Notes: generated by a model not told the origin, from the sequence alone. Counted from the stretch's first letter, positions 1-10,110 are shown. The stretch: DNA of 64,000 bases from Candidatus Caldarchaeum subterraneum (GCA_000270325.1 BA000048.1:1605481-1669480); one strand, 5' to 3'. Made by a program: numbers and translations.

Positions 1-114
1 AGACACCTGACGTCGTCTGGGAAACCGGATGAAAGCCTAAGCATTGCTTGGTAAATCGCTTTATCGGCGTTGGTCGCTCCATTGCCAGGCGTTCATCCGG
101 TTGTTTCCCCGGCG

Positions 115-927
115 TCAAGCCTGGCCTCCAGCCATCAGAGTCGTCCGTATGGTTTTTAGGATTTGTCTGATTTCTTTCGCTTTTATCCTTTGTCGACGTT
201 TGACGCTTATTGTTAGACTCTCAGCGGCTTCTTTGAGCAGTTTGTTGTATTTTCCGTCGTTTGGGCGATAGATCCCAGCGTAGCAGAGTATTTTCCTCAA
301 GCCTCTGCCGAAGTCCACATATGTGAAAAGAATGGCTAGAGCGGCTTTCCCATATAATGAATTCTTTGTGTTTATTCCCAGTATCGTGGTCAGCATGTTG
401 AACTTGGGGTATGTCATCTTAGCCAACTCAACTATCTTTCTCGCAACCCTGTCCTTCTGCCTTCTAAGCTCAAGCAACACCGGGTGGATCGTCCGCTTGT
501 TGCTGAAGTTAGCCATTACCTGCTTAGTGAAGACTAGAGACCTGCTTATCTGACGGTAGAGGCTTATCAGCCTAGTCATCTCGAGAAACTCTGGAGTAAT
601 CTCCTTGAACATCGACGCATCCATGGACATCATGGCCAAAACATCGTTCCTAGCGGACTTGCTACCGTTCCTATGGCTGGGCAGTAGGTCTAACCTTCGA
701 AGTCTATAGACTCTTACGCCTCTTCTGAGAAGCCCTATGAATTCGTCTGTAAGCTCCACAGGGATAACATCAACATAGAGCTCATCACCAGATTTGGCAG
801 GTATGTCAGCTATCCTCTCAGCTTTCCCAAACTCTACGCCATCAGTAGTATATACATGGTATTCTTCTTCGGTCTTGTTCTTACGCCTCTTGTTAGCCAG
901 TCTATGGATGTCTGCGTAGAACCTCAT
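115..927 (-). CDS. hypothetical basic protein (270 aa) in AT-rich segment; no recognisable catalytic motif
   Basis: Long ORF from six-frame track; K/R-rich; lower GC than neighbours; no motif I can assign. Confidence 0.4.
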   Translation of the reverse strand: MRFYADIHRLANKRRKNKTEEEYHVYTTDGVEFGKAERIADIPAKSGDELYVDVIPVELTDEFIGLLRRGVRVYRLRRLDLLPSHRNGSKSARNDVLAMMSMDASMFKEITPEFLEMTRLISLYRQISRSLVFTKQVMANFSNKRTIHPVLLELRRQKDRVARKIVELAKMTYPKFNMLTTILGINTKNSLYGKAALAILFTYVDFGRGLRKILCYAGIYRPNDGKYNKLLKEAAESLTISVKRRQRIKAKEIRQILKTIRTTLMAGGQA

Positions 928-960
928 CTACACCACCTTTCTGAACACCAACACATACTC

Positions 961-1350
961 ATGCCACAGGTCGTGTCGAGTATCCCTTGAAGTGGCTTAA
1001 GAATTTTGGTGATGGGGTTGCTGTCTATGATTTTTCGGAGAGGCTTGGAAAGATTAGGGTTGAGGACGTTGTATACAAGGAGGAAGAGGAGGCTTCTGTT
1101 ACCGAGATTGGCTCTCTGTTGAATGTTTTGAGCCTGTTATAGCTGATGTCAGGCTTTCGACCGAGACGCTATTATCCACTCTCAGAATGTTTGAGAGGGA
1201 TTTTGACTATGTTATGTTCTCGTTTAGAGATGGTGTCTTATCTCTTAGTTCTAAGCTTGAGTATGGGAATAAGTCTTTGGAGAGGTCTTTGAAGGTGTCT
1301 GGACGGGGAGAGGTGGAGAAACAGTGTTTCGGCCTCTTAGGTATTTAAAG
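961..1350 (+). pseudogene. degraded ORF remnants (two frames) between hypothetical gene and thyX-like gene
   Basis: Manual translation gives protein-like stretches (e.g. ...DGVAVYDFSERLGKIRVEDVVYKEEEEASVTEIGSLL; ...ADVRLSTETLLSTLRMFERDFDYVMFSFRDGVLSLSSKLEYG...) interrupted by stops/frame changes. Confidence 0.25.
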
Positions 1351-1565
1351 GGTGTAGATAGGCTGGGTATTAAAGGTGTTAGGCTATTATTCAGCGAAGC
1401 GCCTCAAGAGTTTAGTAAAGAACCTCCAAAAAATAGCCCAAAACCCATAATTATTGAGGGTAGGATTAAGGATATGGAGATAACACTATACCAAGCACCA
1501 AGAATAGAATAACATGAGTCCTTTCCCCTTTATATACAGGAAAGGACTGTAATGCAGTCGCCAAG

Positions 1566-2972
1566 ATGGTTGAACTCAGTCTTTACAGCTACGGGCCACG
1601 TACCTCTGTCGAATTCGGCGGCGGTAGGTTCGATGTCGGCCCCGATGTGTTCATAGCTGTCGAAGGTGTGGGAACTTTTGAGGGAGTTTCTGTCGAGCGG
1701 AAAATTCAAAGCCTTCTCTCAGCCGGCAAAGACCCGGCTAAAACAGCTGCCAAAGTCCATAGAGAATCTACGCAGAGAGGCCACGCATCCATCACCACCA
1801 GTTTGTCGTTTCAGCTTGAGGTAAGGGAATGCAGCCGCGCCCTCTCCATGCTGCTAGTTGCACCACCCTTCGGCTCATATCTCCAAGAATCCCAGAGAAG
1901 AGCAATCGTAACCCATTCATCCCTCATAACACCTCCCCTCCCGTCTGAACACCATGTAAAAATCTTCGAAGAAACTGCACACCGCCTCGTCGACGGCTAC
2001 AAACAACTAATCGAAAACGGCGTCACTCTCGAGGACGCACGCTACGTTCTTCCACTGTGCACAAAAACATCCCTCTTCATCAGCTGCAGCCTCGAAACCT
2101 ACGCACCCTTTATTCAGCACAGTAACGTCGGGGAACATTTGCCCTCCGAGGTTCACGAGTTTGCTGAAAAATTCTATTCTCTGGCGAAAAATGTCGCGCC
2201 CATGATGGTTGAGGCCCGTCTCATGATCAAGCATCCTTTAGTATCTTATCCCTTCCCCAACCCCTTCAAGCCATCTGACCCGTTTTTCAGCAAACAACTT
2301 GAGGGAAAAGACCTTGACGAGCCCCTACTCCTCCATTTACAGAATCTTCTACCGGGCAAGCTGATTCATGATGTCTTCGCCGCGCATGTTAAAGAGTTGG
2401 TGGACACCGTGAACCCGTTAATCAACGCCGTCACACTCGAGCCACTCTCCCTCGTCGCATACCATCAAGCCATCAGACACCGCACAGTCCCAACAGCCGT
2501 CGAATCAATTTACACAGCTGCCGAAAGAGCCTTGAAGAACCCTGAGAAAAACATCATTCCGCCACCAGATGTTAAAACAAATCCACGAAACATGAAGCTT
2601 TTCACGCAGCTTTGCATAGAGTCTCTGGAGTGTTATGATAAGCTTGTGAAAGACGGCTGCAGGCTGGGTGATGCAGCCCTTATTCTACCACAGGCCTTGA
2701 AGCTTTATGTTGTGAGGGCGTATAACGGGTTCAACCTATTGTATCCCTCCGGGTTCGTGGCCACGAGAACCTGTAGCTACGCACAGTGGGAGGAACGGGC
2801 CATAGCCTACAAGCTTCTACACGAGGTTGTGAAGAGGGCCCCCGAGCTTGAGACGGTTATGGGCGAGAAGTGTCGGCAGCTGGGCTACTGTCCTGAGAAA
2901 ACGTGGTGTCCCATAATCCTAAAGTATCACAAATACTCCGATGAATTGCATCAGAGGATGCAAAAGTCTTGA
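1566..2972 (+). CDS. thyX: ThyX-like (flavin-dependent thymidylate synthase family) protein with two tandem ThyX domains
   Basis: Domain 2 carries canonical RHR-X7-S motif (AIRHRTVPTAVES); domain 1 has ThyX-like FQLEVRECSRAL...SYLQESQRR with RHR replaced by APP; both halves have the E/GDAR(Y)VLP...F..N..Y..F block; stop overlaps queD start (ATGA). Confidence 0.6.
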   Translation: MVELSLYSYGPRTSVEFGGGRFDVGPDVFIAVEGVGTFEGVSVERKIQSLLSAGKDPAKTAAKVHRESTQRGHASITTSLSFQLEVRECSRALSMLLVAPPFGSYLQESQRRAIVTHSSLITPPLPSEHHVKIFEETAHRLVDGYKQLIENGVTLEDARYVLPLCTKTSLFISCSLETYAPFIQHSNVGEHLPSEVHEFAEKFYSLAKNVAPMMVEARLMIKHPLVSYPFPNPFKPSDPFFSKQLEGKDLDEPLLLHLQNLLPGKLIHDVFAAHVKELVDTVNPLINAVTLEPLSLVAYHQAIRHRTVPTAVESIYTAAERALKNPEKNIIPPPDVKTNPRNMKLFTQLCIESLECYDKLVKDGCRLGDAALILPQALKLYVVRAYNGFNLLYPSGFVATRTCSYAQWEERAIAYKLLHEVVKRAPELETVMGEKCRQLGYCPEKTWCPIILKYHKYSDELHQRMQKS

Positions 2973-3439
2973 GCAAGGAGCGTTTAAAGAAAATTGAGGT
3001 AAGCGGCCCAGGCATCAACTTTGACTACGCCCACTTTCTACCCAGCTCACCTAAGTGCGGCGTTCTACATGGCCACTCTTCAACAGTTTCCGTTACGGTT
3101 GTGGGCAAGGTGGTCGACGAAATGGTTGTCGAGTTCGGCGAACTGAAGAAAATTGTTAAGAAAGTGGTGGATGCTATGGACCACAAACTCATCGTATGCA
3201 GAAAATATCTAAGCCATCTGGAGGATGGTAAGGTCAAGGTCGAGTTCGACGGCGTAGGAGGCCACTATGAATTCATACTTCCCATCAACTCGGTCTACGT
3301 GATAGAACGCGATTCAACAGTTGAGAACATTTCAGAACACATAGCTGCGAGGCTTAGAGAGATGCTTCCTCCAAATGTTCAGAGAATACACGTAAGGATG
3401 AGTGAAGGATTCGGAAAATACGCCACCTCTTCACTATGA
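2969..3439 (+). CDS. queD: 6-carboxy-5,6,7,8-tetrahydropterin synthase / 6-pyruvoyl-tetrahydropterin synthase family (QueD)
   Basis: CxxxHGH zinc motif (CGVLHGHS), ~156 aa, translationally coupled to queC. Confidence 0.8.
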   Translation: MSKERLKKIEVSGPGINFDYAHFLPSSPKCGVLHGHSSTVSVTVVGKVVDEMVVEFGELKKIVKKVVDAMDHKLIVCRKYLSHLEDGKVKVEFDGVGGHYEFILPINSVYVIERDSTVENISEHIAARLREMLPPNVQRIHVRMSEGFGKYATSSL

Positions 3440-4086
3440 AGATTGTGGCGCTTGTTTCAGGCGGCATCGACTCCACAGTTATGCTGTGGAAACTGCGCAG
3501 CGAGGGCCATTCAATTCTGCCCTTGACTCTGCTGACTTTCAGAAGAAACCCGAGGGAGATCGAGGCTGCCAAGAAAATCTCCAAAGCAGCAAGCGGACGC
3601 GAGCCAATTGTGTATGATGTCAGCTTTCTCCGCGAACTATATGATTATCCGCAGCACATAAAGGAGAGAGTTTTCCAACAGTTTCCCAGTTTACCCAACA
3701 TCGTCATCCCCTACCGAAACATTATCTTCTATTCGGTGGCTGCGTACGTGGCCTGCCACGAGGCGGCTGAGGCGATAGCAGGTGGACACACCCGCGAGGA
3801 CATGGAGCGTATACCCGATGTCGGAGAAGAGTTTTTCGCTGATCTGGAGAAAATCCTAAACAAGTCCACACCGTTCCACAGGGTCAAAATCTTGACACCT
3901 GTTGCGGGTCTCTGGAAGCCGGAGATAATGAGGCTTGGTGTCGAGCTCGGCGCACCAATCGGGGAAACTTGGAGCTGCTGGTCGGTTTTTGAGAAACACT
4001 GCGGCAAATGCCCCGGCTGCTTATCGAGAAAAGAGGTTTTCAGAGCCGTGGGGCTCACAGACCCTACCGAGTATCTGGAGGGATAG
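3436..4086 (+). CDS. queC: 7-cyano-7-deazaguanine synthase (QueC)
   Basis: N-terminal PP-loop SGGIDS; C-terminal Zn motif CW..HCGKCPGC. Confidence 0.85.
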   Translation: MKIVALVSGGIDSTVMLWKLRSEGHSILPLTLLTFRRNPREIEAAKKISKAASGREPIVYDVSFLRELYDYPQHIKERVFQQFPSLPNIVIPYRNIIFYSVAAYVACHEAAEAIAGGHTREDMERIPDVGEEFFADLEKILNKSTPFHRVKILTPVAGLWKPEIMRLGVELGAPIGETWSCWSVFEKHCGKCPGCLSRKEVFRAVGLTDPTEYLEG

Positions 4087-4121
4087 CGTTTTTAGCTACA
4101 TTTCTTAGCCATGGCAGGGGG

Positions 4122-4925
4122 ATGGCGTCACTTACGGTTGTCTATGCAGGTAAGCGCCCCGATGCCGTTGCAGCCGCAGAAAAGCTCAGGGAAATTCTTC
4201 CGAAGCATTTTGAAAAGTGGCGTGTTTTATCGCTCTCAGAGTTCGAGCAAATCAGTCAGAGTCCTGTTGACGATGTTTTGATGATTCTCGGAGGAGACGG
4301 CACCGTTCTGAGGGCGACGAGACACATAAAGTCTCCGAATGTAAGGGTCGTCGGCGTGAATTTTGGGAGAGCTGGGTTCCTTTGCGTGATCGAGCCCGAG
4401 GAGTTGGAGACGGCTGTGAAGAAATTAGCAGCGGAAGATTATCATGTGGAGGAGATTATGAGGTTGTCTCTCTATGTCGACGACAAATACGTGGGGGATG
4501 CGTTGAATGAGATTTACGTCTCTTCGACGAGGCCCGGGACAGTGATTGAGTATCGTGTTCAGCAGCGTGAGGTGCTTGCCTCCGATGTGGCAGACGGAGT
4601 AATATTATCTACACCTGTGGGCTCGACAGCCTATGCGTTTTCCAGCGGAGGACCGATAGTAGATGAGAGGCTGGAGACGGTTGTGGTCGTGCCGATGGCT
4701 TCAATGACAAACCTTAGACCAATGGTAATCTCGATAGCCACTCCTCTACAGGTCTCTGTTGTGAAGGGGCGTGCACAGGCCCTCGTCGACGGACACACGG
4801 TTACACCTGTTGAGAAGGGAGAGGTCCGGGTTGAGAAATCACTTCACAGCATACACATGATATCTTTCGACGAGAGACCGTTGTTTAGTCGTAGGCTGAG
4901 GAAAAGATTGTATGGCAGGCCGTAG
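4122..4925 (+). CDS. nadK: NAD kinase
   Basis: GGDGT motif, NE...S, DG(V)ILSTPVGSTAYAFSSGGP motif; start chosen at in-frame ATG 4122 (ORF extends to 4008 upstream). Confidence 0.85.
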   Translation: MASLTVVYAGKRPDAVAAAEKLREILPKHFEKWRVLSLSEFEQISQSPVDDVLMILGGDGTVLRATRHIKSPNVRVVGVNFGRAGFLCVIEPEELETAVKKLAAEDYHVEEIMRLSLYVDDKYVGDALNEIYVSSTRPGTVIEYRVQQREVLASDVADGVILSTPVGSTAYAFSSGGPIVDERLETVVVVPMASMTNLRPMVISIATPLQVSVVKGRAQALVDGHTVTPVEKGEVRVEKSLHSIHMISFDERPLFSRRLRKRLYGRP

Positions 4926-5418
4926 GGTTTTTGTTCTCGACACAACAGCTCTTCTGTCTGCGCAATTTGAGCCAGGACCAGCCGAGCTTGTCACCGTTCA
5001 GGAGGCCGTTGACGAGGTGATGTATGGAGGGCTTGCCCCCCAGAGAGTTTCCACGGCTCTGTCAACCCAGGCCGTCAAACTCAAAAAACCCTCTCCCCAA
5101 GCAATCAAACATGTCGAAGAAGCCGCGCGCAAAACAGGCGACTTGCCCAAACTCTCTAAAACCGATTTGGCTCTCCTTGCACTGGCTTATGAGGAGAGGG
5201 TTGGCGGAGCAGAGGTGGTCGTCGTTACGGATGACTACAGTCTTCAGAACACTGCGTTGAGGCTGGGATTAGGTATCTGGGGTGTGGGGCGTGAAACTGT
5301 TCGAGAGATACGGGAATGGGTTTACCGTTGCTTGGTATGCGGCAAGGTTTACACGCGTCCCGTGAACCGATGTAGGGACTGTGGTGGCGAAGTGGAGAGA
5401 ATTGTCAAGAGGCCTTAG
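4912..5418 (+). CDS. nob1: Nob1-like PIN-domain endonuclease with C-terminal zinc ribbon
   Basis: N-terminal PIN-like acidic residues (VLDTTAL...), C-terminal CLVCGK...CRDCGG zinc ribbon, ~168 aa as archaeal Nob1. Confidence 0.65.
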   Translation: MAGRRVFVLDTTALLSAQFEPGPAELVTVQEAVDEVMYGGLAPQRVSTALSTQAVKLKKPSPQAIKHVEEAARKTGDLPKLSKTDLALLALAYEERVGGAEVVVVTDDYSLQNTALRLGLGIWGVGRETVREIREWVYRCLVCGKVYTRPVNRCRDCGGEVERIVKRP

Positions 5419-5959
5419 CGATGAAGTAGCCTGACAACAATAGTCCCCAGCTCAGCACAGGGTAGACAATCAGCCTCTCCATCCCACCGTGTCCAAGACC
5501 GAGGTAGTTACCCGATGCGAAGAGAGCCAAAGCAGCCAGAGCTGTCAAACCACACACCATAGAAAATACACCCATCAAACGGTTGAACACCCTCAACCCG
5601 TAGACCGCGGCGAGGCCCGCGAAGAAAAACGTGATGAAGGAAAAGACAGTGTGAAGAACCGGAACATTTTCCGGAAAGAGTCCGACGCCGAAAGCACCCA
5701 CTCCAGCAGCGGCTACAAGAGCCGCGAAAACCCTGCTGCCCACAACCGCCAAACTCAGATAAGCCGCGGCAATCACGCAGACACCCAGAAAAGAGACGGA
5801 GGTGTTGAACACGGGCGCAGCTACCCCCACACCCAAATCACTGATATAATTACCCGAAACACTGTACCCAGGGTAGATGGATTCCGCGACACGGAGGAAA
5901 AAAAGAAACTGGGCCACGCCGATAAAAAGCACTGCACCTGCGAGTGATGACCTTCTCAT
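5405..5959 (-). CDS. hypothetical integral membrane protein
   Basis: Multiple hydrophobic helices, 184 aa. Confidence 0.5.
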   Translation of the reverse strand: MRRSSLAGAVLFIGVAQFLFFLRVAESIYPGYSVSGNYISDLGVGVAAPVFNTSVSFLGVCVIAAAYLSLAVVGSRVFAALVAAAGVGAFGVGLFPENVPVLHTVFSFITFFFAGLAAVYGLRVFNRLMGVFSMVCGLTALAALALFASGNYLGLGHGGMERLIVYPVLSWGLLLSGYFIAKAS

Positions 5960-6068
5960 ACCTAACAGAGGTATTGGTGGATATTTTTCTGTTTACCGTT
6001 CTCCTTATGAGTTCTATGTGCTGTTGTTTATGGAGAAGATTTAAATACTCTCTGTTGCTTTCCGCATT

Positions 6069-6602
6069 ATGGCCCAGTATGGATTGCGCCTTTCCACAAA
6101 AAGCTTGTCAATAATTGCTCTTTCCGCAGCCTTCTACGTCCTCATGGGCGCCATATCCGGTCTCGTTCTCCCCGCGGCCCGTGGATACCCAGCCCATTTT
6201 TTCCGAGGACTCGCCATGAGCGCCGCCGGAGCCTACACGAGGCGTATGTGGAGCGTCACAGTAATGTCGCTCATATCTGGAATCCTGTTTCTGGTTTTGG
6301 TTCCGGCTCCCGCGCCCTACCTACTTTTCTCCACGGTCGCTGCCGGGCTGCTCTATGACCTGAGCATGGGAAGAAACTATCCCGATGTATGTAGAAAGCG
6401 GCGACGAATTACCGTTGCCACCATCATAAGTGGATTGGGTGAGGCGGTTGTGGCGCTTGGAATCCTTACCTATGTTGGGTTGTTCGGTGCACAGCCTTCC
6501 GCCATAGCAATCATATGGATTGTGACTATAGCCGCGAACATTGTCCTCAGCACAGCGGGCGCACAGGTGACCGTCACTCTTCTACGGAGATACGCAAAAT
6601 GA
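6069..6602 (+). CDS. hypothetical integral membrane protein
   Basis: Hydrophobic 177-aa ORF. Confidence 0.5.
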   Translation: MAQYGLRLSTKSLSIIALSAAFYVLMGAISGLVLPAARGYPAHFFRGLAMSAAGAYTRRMWSVTVMSLISGILFLVLVPAPAPYLLFSTVAAGLLYDLSMGRNYPDVCRKRRRITVATIISGLGEAVVALGILTYVGLFGAQPSAIAIIWIVTIAANIVLSTAGAQVTVTLLRRYAK

Positions 6603-7030
6603 GTCAGCCAGAGATACTCTTTCTCACGCGTTTAGGAATTGTATACGGCTTGGTTTTCTGGGTTGGAGGAATAGCGCATCTCGCCTTCGCGGCCATTCCT
6701 CAGCTTGCGAAGCTCGAGAACATCGCTGATAGGACGAGGCTTATGGGCGGCATGATGAAGAGATACAACCCAGTTGCGTGGACAGCCATCCCCATCTTAA
6801 TCGCCTCCACAACCTACCTAACACTCCACTCCGCTGGAAAAACTCCATTACCTATAATCACCCTCGCCATACTGTACACAGCCGCCGTCCTAGATTTCTT
6901 GCACTCATTCATACTGGGCCCGCGCGCAGCCTCTGGGAAAACACATGCGAGAACTTTGGCTCTAACAGTCGCAAGAGTTGAGACGGCGCTGGCTCTGGCT
7001 CTACCTCTTCTAATCGCTGGCCTGCTTTAG
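6599..7030 (+). CDS. hypothetical integral membrane protein
   Basis: Hydrophobic ORF; ATG 6599 overlaps upstream stop (ATGA coupling). Confidence 0.5.
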   Translation: MSQPEILFLTRLGIVYGLVFWVGGIAHLAFAAIPQLAKLENIADRTRLMGGMMKRYNPVAWTAIPILIASTTYLTLHSAGKTPLPIITLAILYTAAVLDFLHSFILGPRAASGKTHARTLALTVARVETALALALPLLIAGLL

Positions 7031-7077
7031 TTATTCGCTGCAAAGACTTTATCAAGTGATTATTACCATGCTGTTCC

Positions 7078-8610
7078 GTGGAGGATGTTATAGCAGTCGT
7101 CGACTTCGGCGGCCAATACGCGCACCTCATCAGCAGAAGAATACGCAGCATCGGTGTCAAAACCCATGTCATACCGCACAGCATGCTCCCCGACACGGAC
7201 ATCAGCATCTACAGAGGAGTAGTTTTCTCCGGAGGGCCGGCGAGCGTCTATGAAAACAACGCCCCCAAAGTGGATATGGAGAAACTCCGCGGCAAGCCCT
7301 TGCTGGGAATATGTTATGGCCATCAATTGATCGCTTATCTGCTGGGCGGCGAGGTTAGACGTGAAAGGGCCCGAGAATACGGTAGAGCAGAACTTTTCCT
7401 TAAACATGGATGCCGTCTTTTCCAAGGATTGCCTGACAGGTTTATGGTTTGGATGAGCCACGGCGACCACGTCGAAAAAATTCCACAAGGCTTCGAAACA
7501 GCCGCATCAACCAACACCTCACCTCACGCAGCCATATGCAATGAAGCAGGAAACATCTACGGCGTACAGTTTCATCCAGAGGTCGCCCACACAGAACACG
7601 GCTTAAAAATTCTCAAAAACTTCGTATTCGACATATGTGGGTGCAGTGCTTCATGGCGTATGGAGGACTATCTGGAGAAAGCAGTGTCCGAGGTTGTGGA
7701 AGTAGTTGGACCTGGCCGTGTACTATGTGCGGTCAGCGGCGGAATAGACTCCACGGTCACCGCCGCCATAGTCTCTAAGGCCGTGGGCAAACGGCTTAAA
7801 TGCCTGTTCGTTAACCATGGGCTGCTGCGTAAAAACGAGCCGGAAAAAGTTCTTGAAACTTTGCGGAAAATTGTGGGTGAGGATAACATTATCTACATCG
7901 ATGCCTCCGAACGGTTTCTTAACAGACTACGCGGTGTCGTAGACCCGGAGGAGAAGAGGCGGATAATAGGACACGAGTTCGCAGCCATATTTGAGGAGGT
8001 TAGCAAAGCCTATGGGCCTTTCACACATCTTGCTCAGGGAACCCTTTACCCCGACGTGGTCGAGAGCGGAAAATCAGTCGGCGGCTCAGCTGTCATAAAA
8101 ACTCATCACAACGTCGGCGGAATGCCTCAAAACTTCGGCATGAAACTGGTTGAGCCGCTCCGCGAACTCTACAAGGATGAAGTCAGACAACTCGCCGAAA
8201 TGATGGGGCTGCCCCGTTGGCTGGTTAAGCGGCATCCCTTCCCAGGCCCGGGTCTGGCCGTCAGAATAATTGGCGAGGTTACTGAGGAGAAGCTTGAGAT
8301 ATGCAGGGAGGCGTCGGCTATTGTTGAGGAGGAGCTGGAGAAGGCGGGGCTGCTGGACGAGGTTTGGCAAGCCTTCGCAGTCGTCGGGGACGACAAAGCC
8401 ACAGGCGTCAGAGGCGATAGAAGGAGCCTCGGCTACATCGTGACAGTCCGTGTTGTCTCATCGGTTGACGGTATGACAGCCGACTATGTGAAGCTGCCTT
8501 ACACGGTGCTTGACAGAATAGCCTCGAGAATAGCTAACGAGCTGGATAAAGTAAGCTGGGTAACGTACGCCGTCTCGAGCAAGCCGCCTGCCACGATTGA
8601 GCCTCAGTAG
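7078..8610 (+). CDS. guaA: GMP synthase (glutamine-hydrolysing), fused GATase + ATP-PPase
   Basis: GATase class I Cys-His region, SGGIDS PP-loop, full-length 510 aa. Confidence 0.95.
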   Translation: MEDVIAVVDFGGQYAHLISRRIRSIGVKTHVIPHSMLPDTDISIYRGVVFSGGPASVYENNAPKVDMEKLRGKPLLGICYGHQLIAYLLGGEVRRERAREYGRAELFLKHGCRLFQGLPDRFMVWMSHGDHVEKIPQGFETAASTNTSPHAAICNEAGNIYGVQFHPEVAHTEHGLKILKNFVFDICGCSASWRMEDYLEKAVSEVVEVVGPGRVLCAVSGGIDSTVTAAIVSKAVGKRLKCLFVNHGLLRKNEPEKVLETLRKIVGEDNIIYIDASERFLNRLRGVVDPEEKRRIIGHEFAAIFEEVSKAYGPFTHLAQGTLYPDVVESGKSVGGSAVIKTHHNVGGMPQNFGMKLVEPLRELYKDEVRQLAEMMGLPRWLVKRHPFPGPGLAVRIIGEVTEEKLEICREASAIVEEELEKAGLLDEVWQAFAVVGDDKATGVRGDRRSLGYIVTVRVVSSVDGMTADYVKLPYTVLDRIASRIANELDKVSWVTYAVSSKPPATIEPQ

Positions 8611-8611
8611 G

Positions 8612-9418
8612 TTACCTACCTTTCCAGACTGGTTTACGTTTCTCGAGAAAAGCTCGGGCGCCCTCTTTCTGGTCCTCGGTGGCGAAGAGCGAGGCGAAGA
8701 GCATCAGCTCCGCTCTTAAACCAGCCAATAGACCTGTCTCCATGGCGAGGTTAACAGCTTCTTTCGCAGCAGCCAACGCCATCCTCGGCTTCGACAAAAG
8801 CTTCTCCACCAGCTCCTTCACAGCCTCCTCAAGCCTATCACGTGGAACCACCACATTCACAACACCCATCTTCTCCAACTCCCTCGCCGATATCCTGTCA
8901 CCAGTCATCACCAGCTGCTTAGCCCTTTTCTCACCCACCAGACGCGCCAGACGCTGTGTACCTCCACCTCCCGGAATCAGTCCAAGGTTTATCTCGGGCT
9001 GTCCAAAAACGGCGTCCTCAGCCGCGACAATCATGTCACAGGACATCGCGAGCTCAAACCCTCCGCCCAGACAGTACCCCTCCACAACAGCGATAACAGG
9101 CTTCTGCATGCTGCGTATGATGTTCGCCAGAACCATCGATGTGCCAACCTCGTTGGCTATGCTTACACATTTTGCGGGGTCCCATTCAAGGAAAGCCCGG
9201 ATATCTGCTCCCGCGGAGAAGTTTCCACCAGCCCCACGGATTAAAACAACCCTTGCTTCGTCATCTCTGGCAGCCTCCTCCAAAGCACGGCGAAGCTCCC
9301 TCCTAAGCTCCAGCTCCAAAGCATTGTAACGCGAAGGATTGTTGAGAACAATCGAAGCAACACCTCCCTCCTTAGAGAATATGACTTTACTGAACTCGCC
9401 GGACATAATCGTAAACAT
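8612..9418 (-). CDS. enoyl-CoA hydratase/isomerase (crotonase) family protein
   Basis: VLIRGAGGNFSAGADI oxyanion-hole motif. Confidence 0.85.
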   Translation of the reverse strand: MFTIMSGEFSKVIFSKEGGVASIVLNNPSRYNALELELRRELRRALEEAARDDEARVVLIRGAGGNFSAGADIRAFLEWDPAKCVSIANEVGTSMVLANIIRSMQKPVIAVVEGYCLGGGFELAMSCDMIVAAEDAVFGQPEINLGLIPGGGGTQRLARLVGEKRAKQLVMTGDRISARELEKMGVVNVVVPRDRLEEAVKELVEKLLSKPRMALAAAKEAVNLAMETGLLAGLRAELMLFASLFATEDQKEGARAFLEKRKPVWKGR

Positions 9419-9470
9419 GATTCAGAGTATTTAGCTCCTCGCATGAAAGGACCTACAATTGTTTGCCGTA

Positions 9471-9998
9471 TTATTTCGACGCCCTGTATTGGTGGGGGAA
9501 TATCTGTCGCAGAAACATGTCCACTTTTGCGGTTTGGTCGGGTGGAATTTCGTAGGTCTGTTTGCCTCCGTCTCGGGCAACTATTTTGAGAACACCGTTG
9601 CCCGAAAGCTCTATTTCCCCAACATTGGTGGGCTTAAGCAACTTTGCTTGGCCAAATTTTTTCACACCCAGCATCCTCTTGTTCTCCTCAAGAATGGCAA
9701 CCGCCTCCTCCAGAGAACGGCCAGCCAAAGACAATTCAGCCACATCATCTTTTTTCAAAGCGTTCTTCAACTCCTCAACCCATACGTTCACCATGTTTGT
9801 CAAAATGTCACCAGTGCTGCCGATTTTCCATGGCGGCAGGTGTCGCACATGGTCTGTTTCAAGGAACATCAGCCCGGTGTCACATAAAAAGAGAAAATAT
9901 CTCCTATAGCCACCGCCGAGTGTTTTCATTGAAAAAACTCTTCTCCAAACCTCCGTAAAGTTGAGAACAGTATTCATATATGGGAAGAGAATTGCCAT
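9471..9998 (-). CDS. hypothetical protein (175 aa)
   Basis: ORF only; no motif recognised. Confidence 0.4.
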   Translation of the reverse strand: MAILFPYMNTVLNFTEVWRRVFSMKTLGGGYRRYFLFLCDTGLMFLETDHVRHLPPWKIGSTGDILTNMVNVWVEELKNALKKDDVAELSLAGRSLEEAVAILEENKRMLGVKKFGQAKLLKPTNVGEIELSGNGVLKIVARDGGKQTYEIPPDQTAKVDMFLRQIFPHQYRASK

Positions 9999-10110
9999 CC
10001 TAAATCATTTTTCGCAATTTGCTCTGTTGTGTGAGGCCCGTGAAGTCGGCGGCGGTTGAGGTTGAGCATCGGTTCGATAACTTAAAATTAGCATTTTTAA
10101 TGGGCATAAA

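Noticed and set aside
1324-1512. 62-aa ORF in the AT-rich leader region
   Set aside because: Low-complexity K/P/E-rich with no start context; likely part of the degraded region rather than a gene
8679-9329. 216-aa ORF antisense to the enoyl-CoA hydratase gene, and many similar antisense ORFs (e.g. 14321-14734, 14882-15556, 18558-18914, 20857-21408, 26174-26512, 31320-31709, 33635-34243, 41543-42034, 54780-55358)
   Set aside because: High GC content generates long spurious antisense frames; they are low-complexity (S/A/R/P-rich) and overlap well-supported genes
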